DNA of 64,000 nt, taken from contig MU058452.1 in assembly GCA_013265495.1 (NCBI GenBank), positions 310,001 through 374,000 on the forward strand, in the 5' to 3' direction. The stretch comes from Vicugna vicugna. Its lineage: Eukaryota. Below, one piece after another: positions 1 through 12,720 of the stretch. Position 1 is the first letter of the stretch; each line of letters begins with the position of its first letter. The notes beneath the pieces were generated by a model. That model ran no database searches. It was not told the origin of the DNA and worked only from the letters and a program-made list of their open reading frames with translations. Made by a program: the position numbers and the translations under genes.

Positions 1-3000
1 TACCAGCTTTTCTCTGTATTATTTCCATATTTCTAAGAGGAAATTCTTATTAAATTAGATTCATCCAGTTTGTCAGCCATACCTCTATAGCCAGAGTAAA
101 AATCAGATAACCTACATATGGACCTGGGCCTTGGGATAAAGAGAAGCTCAGAGAATAAGGTGTTAGACCTAAAATTGTGCCTCAGTTTTCCATGTCACTA
201 GTGAAAAATAATAATAATAATACTTAAAATAATATAATAATAATAGAGAACTCAACTGTGCCCTGAAATAGTTCTTAAGACAAAGTTTTTAACTTTTTTA
301 ATGATTATTCTTTCTTTTTATCTGCCTGAGGCAGCCATTGGTCTGTATTTGGTCTGTATCCTTCTCTTGTGTAAATTATACACCCTCTCCTGGACCCTCT
401 ACTCAAAGCTACCAACATCTCCATTCTTTTCAGTGGACTTCATCTGAGCGGCATTAATTTCAAGGCTGCTCCAGTGCCCAACTATGTTTCACTCTGTCTT
501 CATGGATTCTCTTAAAGAAATAGGATTTTCTCCCCATTCAACTCCTTACTCTGGTTAGCTCCTCCATATGCCAAAAATAATTAAAGATGGATTCCCCAGT
601 ATAATGAGTGAGCCACAGGAGGGGAAAAATCAGGAGACCGTAGATTGCACAACAACTAGACCATTGCGGATCCATTTGAAATAAGGAGTTGTCTTTTTCA
701 CTATTCTTCATTAATCGTTTAACAAAGACTCTAGAAGTAGACTGGGACCAGCCAAGGCACAAACTTGGCAGGATACAGTGGTCACAGCTGAGATTTTTTA
801 GGTTTTATGGTGGTGATTGCTAGGGGACATAGTCACCCTGTGGAGACATTACTGTGTTGCATTGAGGTCTATTTTAGAAGAAAAAGAACACAGCCAATTT
901 ATCAGCTTGAGATATGGCTTCTCCACAAACTTCTCCCAAGATTACCCTCTGCTGGAAACTTTGCGAAAATGGCATCATGATGAGTTAACACTTTCATTAA
1001 ATCTTGGCGGTTTCCTCACAACGTCTAATGTTGAGCACCTTCGCATATATTTCACAGAGGCAGAGTTATGGTCTCAAGTGGGATTTATTCCTAAATTATG
1101 AATAGGTATTCTTAAGTGGGGATTCATAACTCAGGCACTGCCATGTATACATGGCATCTGTATATAGGGACATTCAGAGCATCTGCTTTGTGTATATTAA
1201 AGCAATCTGTGCCTTTACTTTGGCTTACAAATCAATTTACAAGCTAATTTACATTTAGGCAGCAAATGAATAAGTTAACGAATATTATACTCAGTTATAA
1301 AATGCATATGTTAAATCAGAAAATCTTATTAGAATCTTCTGAAATTTGTATTATTGTTTGTCATTCTTAACACAGTAAGATTTTATATTGTGTTGTTTTG
1401 GACTATTATCTTGGTATTGTTTTATCTCCTTGAATAAACATCCCCAACCTATTTATTAACATTCTCTTTAATTGACTTCTCAATCTATTTCTTATTTCCA
1501 CATCTGTAACTCAGACATTGTCATGATTTGAATGATAATTTAACAAAAGCTTCCAGCTTTGATATTTCTTACCACATTCCATATTCAATTTTATAGATTT
1601 AGTTTCTTTGAATGCTGAGTTTCTGGGTCATTTGAAGAAAGTTATAAAGTGAAAAATACATTTTTCCATGTTGGCTAACCTTGTAATCCATGAGCGGACT
1701 GCACTAGCTTATTTTACTCCATCTTCTTATATTAGACACTACTTTGGTCTTCCAAATGGTGTAATTTTCTCCATTTTCAAGGCTTAAAAACTTTGATTTG
1801 GGAAGCTTCTGGCTCAGCTGAAAGTCATAATCCTCAGTGAAGCAGGGTTTTTTTTGTTTTTGTTTATTAATGCATGTGAGACCTCTGTGAAGCCTGGAGT
1901 GCGTGGTTTGAAGGGGCAGAGGAATGAAGAAATGCTCTAAATACAGAGTGAGTGGAAAATGTGTTGGTAGGGAAGAAAGAGAAGAGAGACAAGCAAATAT
2001 CTTGCTGGATAAGGACCTGGAAGGGCACAGGGCTTCCCCCAGAGGAGCACTTAGAGTCTTCGATCCAGTTTTCTTCGAAACTAGAAGGAAAGGACGGTCT
2101 TTCCTCTAATCTCTCATTCCCTAGCAGTTAGAACCATCAACTATGACTTACTAAATTAGGAGGTGTATTATTTGAAATAATAGCAGAATCCCAATTTGGG
2201 ATCTGTCTATATAAAACCAAAGCCAGAATATTTAATTTTACAAAAGTGGAAATAGTAGCACAGTCATAAGAACATTTTAGCAACTCTGGCCAAACTCTTC
2301 CAGGATGGATTGCCTTACAATCATGTGGACAGATACATAGACTACAATCAACAAGATAGGTAAATAAATCTGGAGTGATTGTTTGACACTTCTAGGAAGA
2401 GATGATTTTTACTTGTGTGCCACTGACTAAAGAATAATTTTTTCTCTCTCTTTGGGAAGTGCATCCAACTTAAATGTAAGTTTTAGAGTAGGATGTGAAG
2501 AAGAGAAGGAATATCATACTTATCAGCTAGATAAACAAAATCCACCATCAGCCTTGAGAGGTCAGTCTAACCCTGAACCTAGGAAGCCTTCACACATATA
2601 ACATTTACCCAGCACCAAGCTATTTACAAGTATTCCCAAATACTTGTCCCCAGAATATCCTATTTTAAGCCCCAGCTAACCATCCCAACATTACTATATG
2701 ATTATTGACAAGATGACCCTTTCCTCTAACCTTAAATCCTCTCTGAATAATCTCTTTTCCTCATAGAAAAAAAATTGAAACTCAACATACATTGTAAGTG
2801 CTTTGTGGACTTAAGTGCAATATTCAACAAAATTAAACATTAACTTAGCTTTCTAGCCATGGCAATTAATAAGAAGCAATATATTTTTTTTCTCTGTCAA
2901 CTATAATCAAGTAGTCTCTTCAGTGGAAGACACAGAAAATTGTTTTGTGAGTGTTTTTCCTCACCTTTCAACCATTAATAACACTCAGTGACAATAGTCA

Positions 3001-3310
3001 CTTGTAACATCGCAGTTAGGTGGCCCTTTCTAAAAACTGGATATACTGATAATCATACTTGGCATTTAACACAAATCCTTTAGAGATTTCTAAGTGCCAT
3101 CTCTCTAAAAGACCTCTTACGTTCTTTCCATTGACTTTACACCATGAGAAGATGGTACCATTGCTTTGTTCTTAAGGGTCTTCTTGTTTCATATTTTTAA
3201 AGCTCTAACAAGAGCTAAGCCCTTACAGATTATGACTCATTTACATTAGACTTTATTGGCTCTCCAGAATCATACATACGGGGACTCTGATCAACAATAG
3301 TGTTGGATCA

Positions 3311-3719
3311 TATGATGAATATTTTTATGAGTTAAGTTGACTGGGCCATGGGTTGCTCAGACTTATGGTCAAATATTATTCTGAATGTTTTTGCGAGGCT
3401 GTTTTTGAGGGTGAAATTAACATTTAAATCCATAGACTGAGTAAAGTAGGTTGTGCTCTCCAATGTGGGTGGGCCTCATCTAATCAGTCGAAGGCCAGAC
3501 TATAATACAAATGTGACCCTCCGGCAAGTAAGAAAGAACTCTTCCTACTTGATGGCCTTCAGGCTGAGACACTGTTCTTTCTCCTTCCTTCAGACTTGCC
3601 AATTGTGGATCTTGGACTTGTTAACCTCCGTGATTACACAAGCCAATTCCTCATAGTAGATTAGTAAATCAGCTCTCTCTCTCTCTCTCTCTCTCCCTCC
3701 CTCCCGCAAGACTAATACA
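3311..3719 (+). mobile_element. MLT2-family (ERVL) solo LTR, probably MLT2B/D-like
   Basis: Starts tatgatgaatatttttatgagttaagttgactgggc (cf. MLT2 TGTGATGGTTAATTTTATGTGTCAACTTGACTGGG). Contains agactgagtaaag...ccaatgtgggtgggcctcatc, has a (CT)n tract near the 3' end, and ends gactaataca. Confidence 0.85.
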
Positions 3720-6211
3720 GTTGTCAAAGGAAGCCATTTTAAACAGTAGATCTCCATAACCAGTGCTCCAGTAGTTTTCTGAAACACATCAAAAAAGATT
3801 ATACTTTTCAGGCTGGTATTCAAACCAAGCTCTCAATAAATACACTCAATTGTTGCTATCATTTTACAAGAAAAACATATTGTTATGGATGGAATTCGAC
3901 ACAGAAACAGTTTCCAGATGAAAGACTGTGATCTTATTTACTGATTAAATACCGTCCTCTTTTTTTGACCTGTCTGCACATATGTGTATTTACATACACT
4001 TGAGTCTTAGCTACAGATAAACCATAGACATTTAAGTCCAGTTATATTTGTAAGTTAAACTGAGAAGAGCAAACATATCATTAGCTCTTCAACTATGTGA
4101 TTATCTGGTCTTAGCATGACTCATGGTGAAACATGACAGCTTATATGAACACTAGATATTCGCAGAGAGTAATGTGTAAAAGACACTTTTCTGTAATTGG
4201 TCCCAGGGCAAAGGGCTGATCGCTTGTATAAAAGCTTCCAGATATGCATTTGGTCTGGCTTCTAATTAGTGAAGCAAAAAGGAGCTGAACTTTGGAAATT
4301 GTGATGCGCCCGTGATCTTCTTTTTTCCTTTAAGGAAATAATCACTTTGCCCTTGAACTCCAAAAGGCCCTGAAATCAAGTGATTCTCCTCTTAAGCTTC
4401 TTAACAAGTGTGGGGATTAGAGGCAAGCAGTGTAGGATGGTTCATATTAGATATAAATGATAATGGACAATAGAAATTCACCTATGAATAAAGTACAGGC
4501 ACTCTAAGCTAGTTCCTTTCACTGAGTTTATTGTATTTTTTTTACAAGATATTGTGATTCTCCTGTTGCAAAACCGTGCATAATGCAGATAAATGATAAA
4601 GCCACTAAAGAAAGTGAAGTTGAATGCAGAGTTCTGCTTAAGAGCCGTTCTTTATAAAACGTTATACTGTAAGCGGTAATCGTGTTAAATTAATTTAATC
4701 AAGTATATCATGAAAATAAAGTGCAATTAAAACTTCAGCTTATATATTGATTTCTTTTTTGTTAAAATAAATCAGTGCAATTCTGCAACTCCGCAACACC
4801 ATCACTTCTTTACCATTGTAAAGACATTAAATTGTCAATCAAAAAACATCACCACAGCCTTCCTGCTTCAAGTCCAGAATCTTGTGCATGTCTGAAAGTC
4901 TGTTCTTAAGCATATCAAGAAGAAAAAAAAATACTATAGCCAGCCGATTCTTTGTACTTTACCCATTTGGGTTGAGATTCTGCTGATCTTTGTGTATAAT
5001 TCTTTGGCTGATTGTAGATCCCATTCTCACCTTTTAAATGAGGAGTTTGACTTACTGTCATTCACCTTGAAGGGAGACAAGGTTCTGCACAGAGTCTGGA
5101 GATGCGGCATGAATTACCTCTCCCTCTGCCACCTGCCCCCTCCAAGAAGAGAATAAAGTGTAATGGAGCAAGGAAGAGGGTGGGGGGAAGGAAGGACGGA
5201 GAAGTGAAATACAACAGGTTTGGGAAAAGGATATAGCCTTTGTGATTAATATTAAACTTCTGGGCTCACAGACATCAAATTTTATTCTCTCTTCCTGAGA
5301 TCTGGATGACCCTTCCCATACTTGGCTTGGAGCAAGTGTCTCATATTAAGTGGTACTTAGTCCTAGGGATGAAAATGTCCTCATGTTTTCTGCTTTTTTA
5401 AAAAACCTTAGAAGTTCAACTGAATTTTGGACATCATCCCGTGGGCTTCAGAACTTACCCATATCACATATTCCTTTGACCTCCTTGACCTCTGTTCTTT
5501 CTCTCCTCTCTTTAACACTTGTTTGAATTTAATTCATATTTAGATGGGTTGATGCACTCATTGCTTCAAAGTGAATCTGAAGCCTAGCTGATTGGTAAGT
5601 GTTTAACTCTATGGAAGTTCAATTGCAGCTGTGGGTTCAGCCAACACATATGGAGCACATGTTATATTACAAAACTGTTCTCAGAGCCAAAGATGCAAAG
5701 AGAAGGAAGGCGCAGTCACTGGTCTCAAGAATCACCGACTAAGGGTATAGATGGGGTTTCAGGCAAGTACAAAGCCTATAACAGTGGATGGGAGGGGCAG
5801 GGTCAGGGGAAGGGGCTAAAGGGCACTTGTATTTATTACATGAGAGGCAATTACATCATGGCAGTTGTGGAGCGTGGGCGCCATGTTTAGAGAGGGCAAT
5901 CGAAAACTGGCTCCAGCCGATCATTGCTGTGTAGGGATGCTAAGCAGATCTTCTGAGACTTTAGAAAGCTGGCATATTTTATGAGAAATTGTAAAACAAT
6001 TTCACATTAGTTCAATTTTTTAAACATGATTTTACAAAACGTGTCTTGTGCCCTTTGTTTCACAGCTTGTCCATCAATTCCATTTAGCCTCATTGTCTTA
6101 TTGCTGAGCACAGTTAAGATCTTTTTCACATTGATGTAAAATATGGTTGTTCCTCATTAACAGTGGTTTTTCCAACAGTGATGTTTGATGCTTGGGTAAG
6201 AGATTTCCAGT

Positions 6212-6730
6212 TTATTAGTCAGGATAGGCTAGTGTGGTACAGTACCAACTCACCTCCTAATTTCAATGGCTTAAAATAATAAAAATGTACTTCCTTTATG
6301 TGTTCATTGTTGCCTGCAGCTTTGGTCCAGGTTGTCTTTTCTTTGAGTTCAGACTCATAGACCAGCTTCTATCTAGCCTTGTCCTTTGTTTTTTTGTCTG
6401 TTTGTTTTTGATTTTGTTTTTGTTTTTGTAGGGGGCAGGTAATTAGGTTTATTTATTTAAATTTTTTTTTCAATGGAGGATTGAACCCAGGACCTCGTGC
6501 ATGCTAAGCTCACACTCTATCACTGAGCTAGACCCTCCCCTGACCAGCTTCTAGCTGAACATTAGAGGCCATCAAGTCTGAGAGGAGAGAAACTCAGCCC
6601 GGCTCTTAAAATTTCTGCCTGGAATTGGCACACAACGGTCAAAACAAGTCATTTAGCCACAGGGTAGGGAAGTATAATCCTCAGCCCTTGAGGTGTGAGG
6701 AAGTGGGCATTCCTGAATAATTGTATTACT
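6212..6730 (-). mobile_element. Old MaLR LTR (MLT1K/L-like) interrupted by a Vic-1 SINE
   Basis: ttagtcaggataggctag...aatttcaatggcttaaaataataaaaatgtacttc resembles the MLT1K/L terminus. The homology resumes after the SINE. Boundaries are approximate. Confidence 0.6.
6385..6540 (-). mobile_element. Vic-1-type camelid tRNA-derived SINE
   Basis: Minus strand reads ggggagggtctagctcagtgatagag...gcttagcatgcacgaggtcctgggttcaatcc (Pol III A and B boxes), then aaataaacctaattacc and an A-rich tail. A flanking direct repeat gaccagcttcta lies at 6360-6371 and 6542-6553. Confidence 0.9.
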
Positions 6731-7083
6731 GAAAAAGGATTTTCATTCAGCTGAGTGTAATCAAGGGACTGTCACTGAGGGTAGCTGACAGTTTAGGTTC
6801 CTGGAAGTAAAATCCTCTGTGTCCTCAATGTTGACTTCCTTTGTTTTAGGAAAGCTAATGTGGCCATTTAGAGGTAAGGCGAATGAAGGCAAGCATCTAG
6901 CCTTTGGAGAAAACTGAGAGCCTCTGAAATTGGTACAGTTGTCATAAAGACAAACATGTTAAATGTACTGTTTCGTACAGTGTATTGGAGAAATCTTTAA
7001 TCCTTGTCAAAGGCTGAAAAATGATCAAAAGGAAAGATGTAATGCCCTTTGTATGGGGTTCTTTAAAATTGAATACCCTAGAT

Positions 7084-7296
7084 CAGAGGTCAGCAAAGTA
7101 AGCCCCTGGGCCAAATCCAGACTACTTTTACTGATAAAATTTTATTGGGACGTGATCATTCCCATTTGGTTACAGATTGTCTATGGCTAATTTTATGCTG
7201 CAATGGTGGAGTGAATTGTTGCCACAGAGATTGCAGGTTTGCGAAGCCTAAGATATTTGTTATCTAGCCTTTACAGAAAAAGTTTATTGACCGCTG
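7084..7296 (+). mobile_element. MER58A-like hAT-Charlie MITE
   Basis: TIR-like ends cagaggtcagcaaa / tttattgaccgctg. Internal gggccaaatcc, ttttattgg, attgtctatggct and ctttacagaaaaagttt match the MER58A pattern. Length about 213 bp. Confidence 0.88.
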
Positions 7297-7339
7297 ACCA
7301 CATTTAAAGATTATTATGATTTTCTGGGCCACAAATGTA

Positions 7340-8210
7340 TTCATTCATTAAATAAATATGTTTATATTTATCATTATATGTCCCATTCTATCCTAGATGC
7401 TGGGTGTGTTAATGAGCAAAATAGAGTTCTGCCCTCATGTAACTGATAGCCTAGTGGAGAAGACAGATATTAAATAAATTATGTCTTTAATGAGTCAAAA
7501 ATTTCACAGTAAGTTATGTGAGGCAAAGAATGAAGGCTCACAAACCCATATAATGGAGGAAACTAATTTAGAACAGGAGGTCAACTGTGCCTTCCATAAG
7601 GATGTGATTCTGGAGCTGAGGTTTGAATTAAGAGTTAACTAAGTGATGCAAATATCATGTGCAAAGGTCCTGGGGAAGAAGGAAGCATACTATATATAAA
7701 GAAATCAAAGACATTCAGTCATCCTAGTGAGAGAGAGCATGGACTATGGTAATAGCAGTGATGACAAAAAAGGATAATTTTAAGGGAGGTTTAGGAGGTA
7801 AAATCAACACAACTTGGTAATGTATACAAGACAGACATAAATGAGAGAGGGGAATTGAAGACACTGAGATTCTTGACTTGTTCAGCTAGATGGATGGTTG
7901 GTGAAATAGGAACATGAAGAGAAATGAGTTTGGACCAAAGGTTCGTAAAGAGCCTAAGTTTAAGACATGGTGAACATGGAGTCTAAATCTCAGAGGGAAG
8001 TTTGAGCTGAAGGATATTGTGGATAATTAGCATAGATAAGAGTATGTACAAAGATGGTATATAGAGAGGGGTCTTGGGACTGAGTCTTGAGGACTCCCAA
8101 CAGGTAACAGCGGGTTTGAAGAGCATGAGAGGACCAAAGCAAGCTAGAAGAACATTGTTTCACAAAAACCAATGGAAGAGAGTTGGAAGGAGGAAGATGT
8201 TCTGTGATGG
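7340..8210 (-). mobile_element. L2 LINE 3' fragment
   Basis: tcattcattaaataaatat terminus, then ctgccctcatg...agcctagtggagaagacaga, gtgcaaaggtcctg and a purine-rich L2 body. Confidence 0.75.
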
Positions 8211-9849
8211 GCATTTAAGGACATTAAACAAGAGACCCAGCACAATGGTTAGAGCAAAACTCTCCAGGCTCACTGCCCTCAGAAACTGCTGTGGGAAATG
8301 GTATCAATAACCTTAAGTGAATTCTTGGTGGCAACACCGTAAGTCAGGCTCAGCAGAGGAGATGAAGAGAGGAGGTTCTTTCGGGAGACAAATTATGCTT
8401 CTGGCAAAAGTCTCCAGTGCCTTCCTTTTTGTACCAAGTAAATATTCTTCCAGTGAGTCTTTGAGAAAATCTGGAGGAGAATTGATTCCTCTAAATGTAT
8501 GGGAAGAGGCTCAGAGTCGCAACTCTTTAAATATTAAATCAGTGTTATTATTATTTATTTTACTCTCCAAATACATTATATACCCCAGTCGCCTCTTCTC
8601 CTAGTCAAAATTAACAAACTCACCAACAATAGAAAATTTCAGTAAAGGTTTTTAAGTACATAAGCACGAAGGGGCTGATGGAGGACACACAGAAAAGCGA
8701 CATAATCTCTAAATTAAACTAATTCATCTAAGAAAGGAAATCAAAGCCAAAGATAAGCAAGAAAATATCATCTTCAGAACTTACAGCAATCTTGTCGAGG
8801 ACAGCAAACATTCCACTGAAAGGGTAATGAGTATTTAAATCATTTTGTCTATATTTTGAGGACAGGGGTAACTTAACACTTGGGAAAGAAAAACACGCCT
8901 TTTTTTAAAATTTTCTTTCTTCAGAGACATATATAAATAAAATTAGAGAGGAAACAAATGTAAAAGACTTTAACTTTCATGTCAGTAAAAGGGAGCTTAG
9001 ATACTTTAAAAAAAAGAGATGATTCTGCAAAATTAAAATTCTTGGGAGAATCAATGATTGAGTAACAGACGAAGGATCACCTACCAGGGCAAGAATTTGT
9101 TTATTTTTTTAGTTTGTTTTAAAGACTTACGCTGCTGATTCTTATGTATTTTAGTGTTTCTTCAAGAATTGGCTTTGCTTTCAAATCTATTGTTAATGCT
9201 TTTCTAAATGCTTTGTTTTAGTCTCCTAGGTTACATATGTCTCTCCTTCGTTAACCATGATTTATAAAACCCTGGTTCTGTTTCAGAGACTCCTCACCAC
9301 ACTGGAAGTGGCTTGTGGTATAATGGGCTTAAGGCAGGAAGAAGGGGGAAAGGGGTGCTTCTCTTTAGGGCATCAGACACCATCTCCCATTTGGGTATCC
9401 TAGGATCTGCCCCCTGTCTTTCCCATGGCGTATACTCTGCAGAATTCCCTTTCTTCCTTCTTTCTCTTCATCTCATGCTGCATGACAGTCAGTTCTCCAC
9501 TCTGAAGCCACAATTGTCTTTAAAAAATGCAAGTCAGTTAACCAGAAATCTTATAGTGGCCCATGATTTAACTGAAGTGTGTAAAAAATTCAAATAGTTA
9601 TATATATGTGTATATATACAAATTCAGTATCTTGGCTCCTCACTGTCATTCGGACACATAGCAAAGTCCTGGACACGATCTTCCATGCTCCTTCTGTGCA
9701 GTCCGTGTGCTCCTGGTTCTCTTTAGCTTCTTTCATGCCTCTGTCTTCCCAGTTTTCTCCATTTGACTTTCCTTAATTGCTCAAATGGACCATGCCCCCA
9801 GACTGCCTCAGTGCCTTTGCACAGGCTGTTTCCCCAACCCAGAATGCCC

Positions 9850-10256
9850 TGATCCACATCCTCATCTCTGGAACTTGTGCATAGGTTACCTTATGAGGTA
9901 AAAGGCACTTTGCAGATGTGATTAAACTAAGGGCTTTGTTTGAGATAAGAGAGGAGATTATACTGGATCTTCCAAGTGGACCCAATGTAATCACAAGGGT
10001 CCTTATGAGAAGGAAGGAGGAGGGTCAGAGTGGGAGACAGAAGAAGTGAGCATGGAGGCAGAAGTCAGAGAGAAGATGCTGTTCTGTTGGCTGGAGCCAT
10101 GAACCAAGGAATCCAAGTGGCCTCTAGAAGCTAGAAGAAACCAGCCCTGCCAATATCTGGATTTTTAGCCCGGTGAAATTCATTTTGGATGTCTGACATC
10201 CAGGACTGTAAGAAATAAGCATTGTTTTAAGTCACAAAGTTTTTAGTAATTTGATT
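9850..10256 (+). mobile_element. MaLR LTR (MLT1D/C-like) within L2 remnants
   Basis: ccacatcctcatctctggaacttgtg...ctttgcagatgtgattaa...gtggacccaatgtaatcacaagggtcctta...ggcctctagaagctagaa...gttttaagtcac, a typical MLT1D order of motifs. Confidence 0.85.
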
Positions 10257-10934
10257 CACCCCAACCCGGCATGCTAACCCAACCAGCTCTGATGGTCTCA
10301 TGTTATTCCTTCAGGAAATGCCTTCATGCTGTTTCTTATCGGCTCAGACCCTGCCTCCCATCAGACATTCTCAAACTACCCAGGCCTTTTCCTTCAGAGC
10401 AATGGTCACCTTTTCAAATGATGTCTTTCTTTGATTACTTGAATGCTGCCTGGGTAGCTATGCCGTGGCAAAACCATGGTACCTCCAAGACAACAAATGA
10501 GTAACCACTGAATGCGTGGATGAGTCTTGAAGAGGTAGTGGTGTTGATTATTCTTGTTCCTAAAAAATGTGAGAATTGAGGGGAAAAAAAGTAGAAAGAG
10601 GCAGTTTGGGTTTTGTCTTATCCTGCATTTTTCTTGTAACCCTCTGCCTTGAGCAATGGTCCCAGGAGAGAACTAGCAAGTGCGACCTTGCAGGTCTCCC
10701 TCTCTTGCTCCTGACAGAGGATGTGCAGGCTGGGAAGTGGGTTTACAGTACTTGCCTTCAGCCATGCAAGGTTTGAGCTGGGTTGACAGTAGTGAGGTAC
10801 CGTCCAGAAATGATGAAAGCTCGAAATGTTCCTCTCTAAAGTCAAAATGTGAAATTCACCTCGTGCTGCAAAATATTAACAAGCTCCACTATTTTGTTAA
10901 ATGCTGAAATAAATGCAAACACCAACTTATTATT

Positions 10935-11450
10935 AAGTGTTTCATAGGAATCTCAGTTGCAAGCAACCAACCAACTCTGGCCGGTTGAATGAGGAAGTAC
11001 ATCCTTTTGAAACCGCCAGGGGGGTGGGAAGAATGGAGAAGCAGACTCAGGAAAAAGAAGGCAGGTAACAGGCAGGACCTGGCCAGTAATTACACAGCTC
11101 TTGTCCTGATGAGTACAGATGTGACAGCACACATTGCCACACCCCAGCCAGCACTGTCCCCTGTCCCCAAACACCACTGTGGGCACCGCAACTCCCTCTA
11201 CTCAGGGAAATTAGATGCTGCTGCCACTGTATCTGCTGCAACCAAAATGAATACCCCTTACTACCCTGTCTGAGCATCCTTGGCTCCCAGTGCAAGTCTC
11301 AGGATGCTACCAGCTGCCCTGGGACACACAGCCGTGTCCTTGCTGCAGGAGAAGCTGAGGCAATGAGTAGCCAGTCTCCTTAGCTTCCACAATGAGAGGG
11401 GAACTCTTTCTTCCTGCAGGGTCTAATTTTGGAAGGAAGGCCAGCCAAGA
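10935..11450. mobile_element. Degraded MaLR-type LTR (MLT1-like)
   Basis: ctcagttgcaagcaaccaaccaactctggc resembles an old MLT1 terminus. The rest is too diverged to assign a subfamily. Confidence 0.4.
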
Positions 11451-11539
11451 ATACATGTTTTTAAACTTAAAAATCGTCAAAGCCAAACGTCCACACAAAT
11501 AGCATCCTTCTTTCCTTAAGCTGAAGACGGTAAACACCA

Positions 11540-11670
11540 ACTGAGGGTTTAAGTGCTCATGTTGTTAAATGAGAACCCCCTGATTTGAATTCTCGCTCTG
11601 TGACCCTGGACAACTTATTTATTTAACTTTTATATGCCAGGAAAGCACTGAGCCCGTGCCTGGCTTTCAA
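11540..11670 (+). mobile_element. MIR SINE fragment
   Basis: tttgaattctcgctctgtgaccctggacaactta...aaagcactgagcccgtgcctggc. Confidence 0.55.
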
Positions 11671-11872
11671 GAGTATACCTGTTACTGAAGAATATAAGAC
11701 CTGTCCATCCCTTTTGTCAAAATCAACATGAAGTGGAAGTATTTCATGTTTTGGGAGGGTCAGTTTTTCTTGGAGGGAGGGGTAATGTTTCTCTCGTTCT
11801 GTTGACCCGTTTGGGAAGTGGGCACTGTTAGCCTATTCAGGAGGGCCCCTAATTATTTTCAATTTTACCTGG

Positions 11873-11896
11873 TTTTTTTTTTTTTTTTTTTTTTTT
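11873..11896. repeat. Poly(T)24 tract
   Basis: Read directly from the sequence. Confidence 0.95.
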
Positions 11897-12489
11897 GGTA
11901 AGCAGCAAATAAAAGAGATCTACTGAGTTGCGTGATCGATGTAAGTTTCTTATTGCTTACCCAAGTGTTTAATAAGCTCATCCCTGTCCTGGGCATAGCT
12001 TTAGATACTTCATTGACTGTAACAAAGCTGCTCTTTTCTTCTTGGCCACATAAATCATAATTAAGCCCTAATTACGGGCTCTCCGGGTCAGATAGGGAAA
12101 AGCTACCGAGTTCATCACACCACCTCCAGAACAAAACTTTGAAGGAGATACTTGTTGTCGGAAAATATTACAAAACAAGCAAAATAAAACACAGGCAGGA
12201 GAAGAGGTGAAAGTTTGAATTTCGTTTTTCTCTACCACCCTCCCTCCCTCCCTCCCTCCAATGTCTAAGATGTGCCCACTGATCTTATATTGTTTTTCTG
12301 TTTTGTGAAAAATAACAATGGGAAAATAATTTTTTAAGTGATGACTCAGTTTTTCACAGTCAGTAAATCTATGAGATCCATTGATCATGCTCTACCTATG
12401 GATAACGCTCAACTAGAATTTTTTTTTTAAGTTCTTGCTATTTGAGAAAATTCAATGTTCAATTAGTCCAATGTATGAAAAGTTAAGAG

Positions 12490-12720
12490 TGGGAGTTTGG
12501 GATCTGTAGATACACACTACTACATATAAAATAGATAAACAGCAAGGACCTACTGTACAGCACAGGGAACTATATTCAATACCTTGTAATGGCCTATAAG
12601 AAAAAACAATATGAAAAGGAATATATATATATATATAACAATGTGTAAATGAATCACTATGCTGTATACCAGAAATTAACACAACATTGTAAATTGCCTA
12701 TACTTCAATTTAAAAAAAAA
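12490..12720 (+). mobile_element. Artiodactyl-type L1 3' UTR fragment with poly(A) tail
   Basis: gggagtttgggat...aaaatagataaacagcaaggacctactgtacagcacagggaactatattcaata...tatacttcaatttaaaaaaaaa. Homologous to the copies at 20.5, 28.5, 45.5 and 60.3 kb in this window. Confidence 0.92.

Noticed and set aside
550..730. Possible minus-strand exon within ORF 538-762
   Set aside because: Weak splice sites (AGA|GTAAGG and a short pyrimidine tract) and no recognisable peptide.
6480..6540. tRNA-like sequence (also at 42140-42204)
   Set aside because: These are the tRNA-derived heads of SINEs with A-rich tails and TSDs, not tRNA genes.
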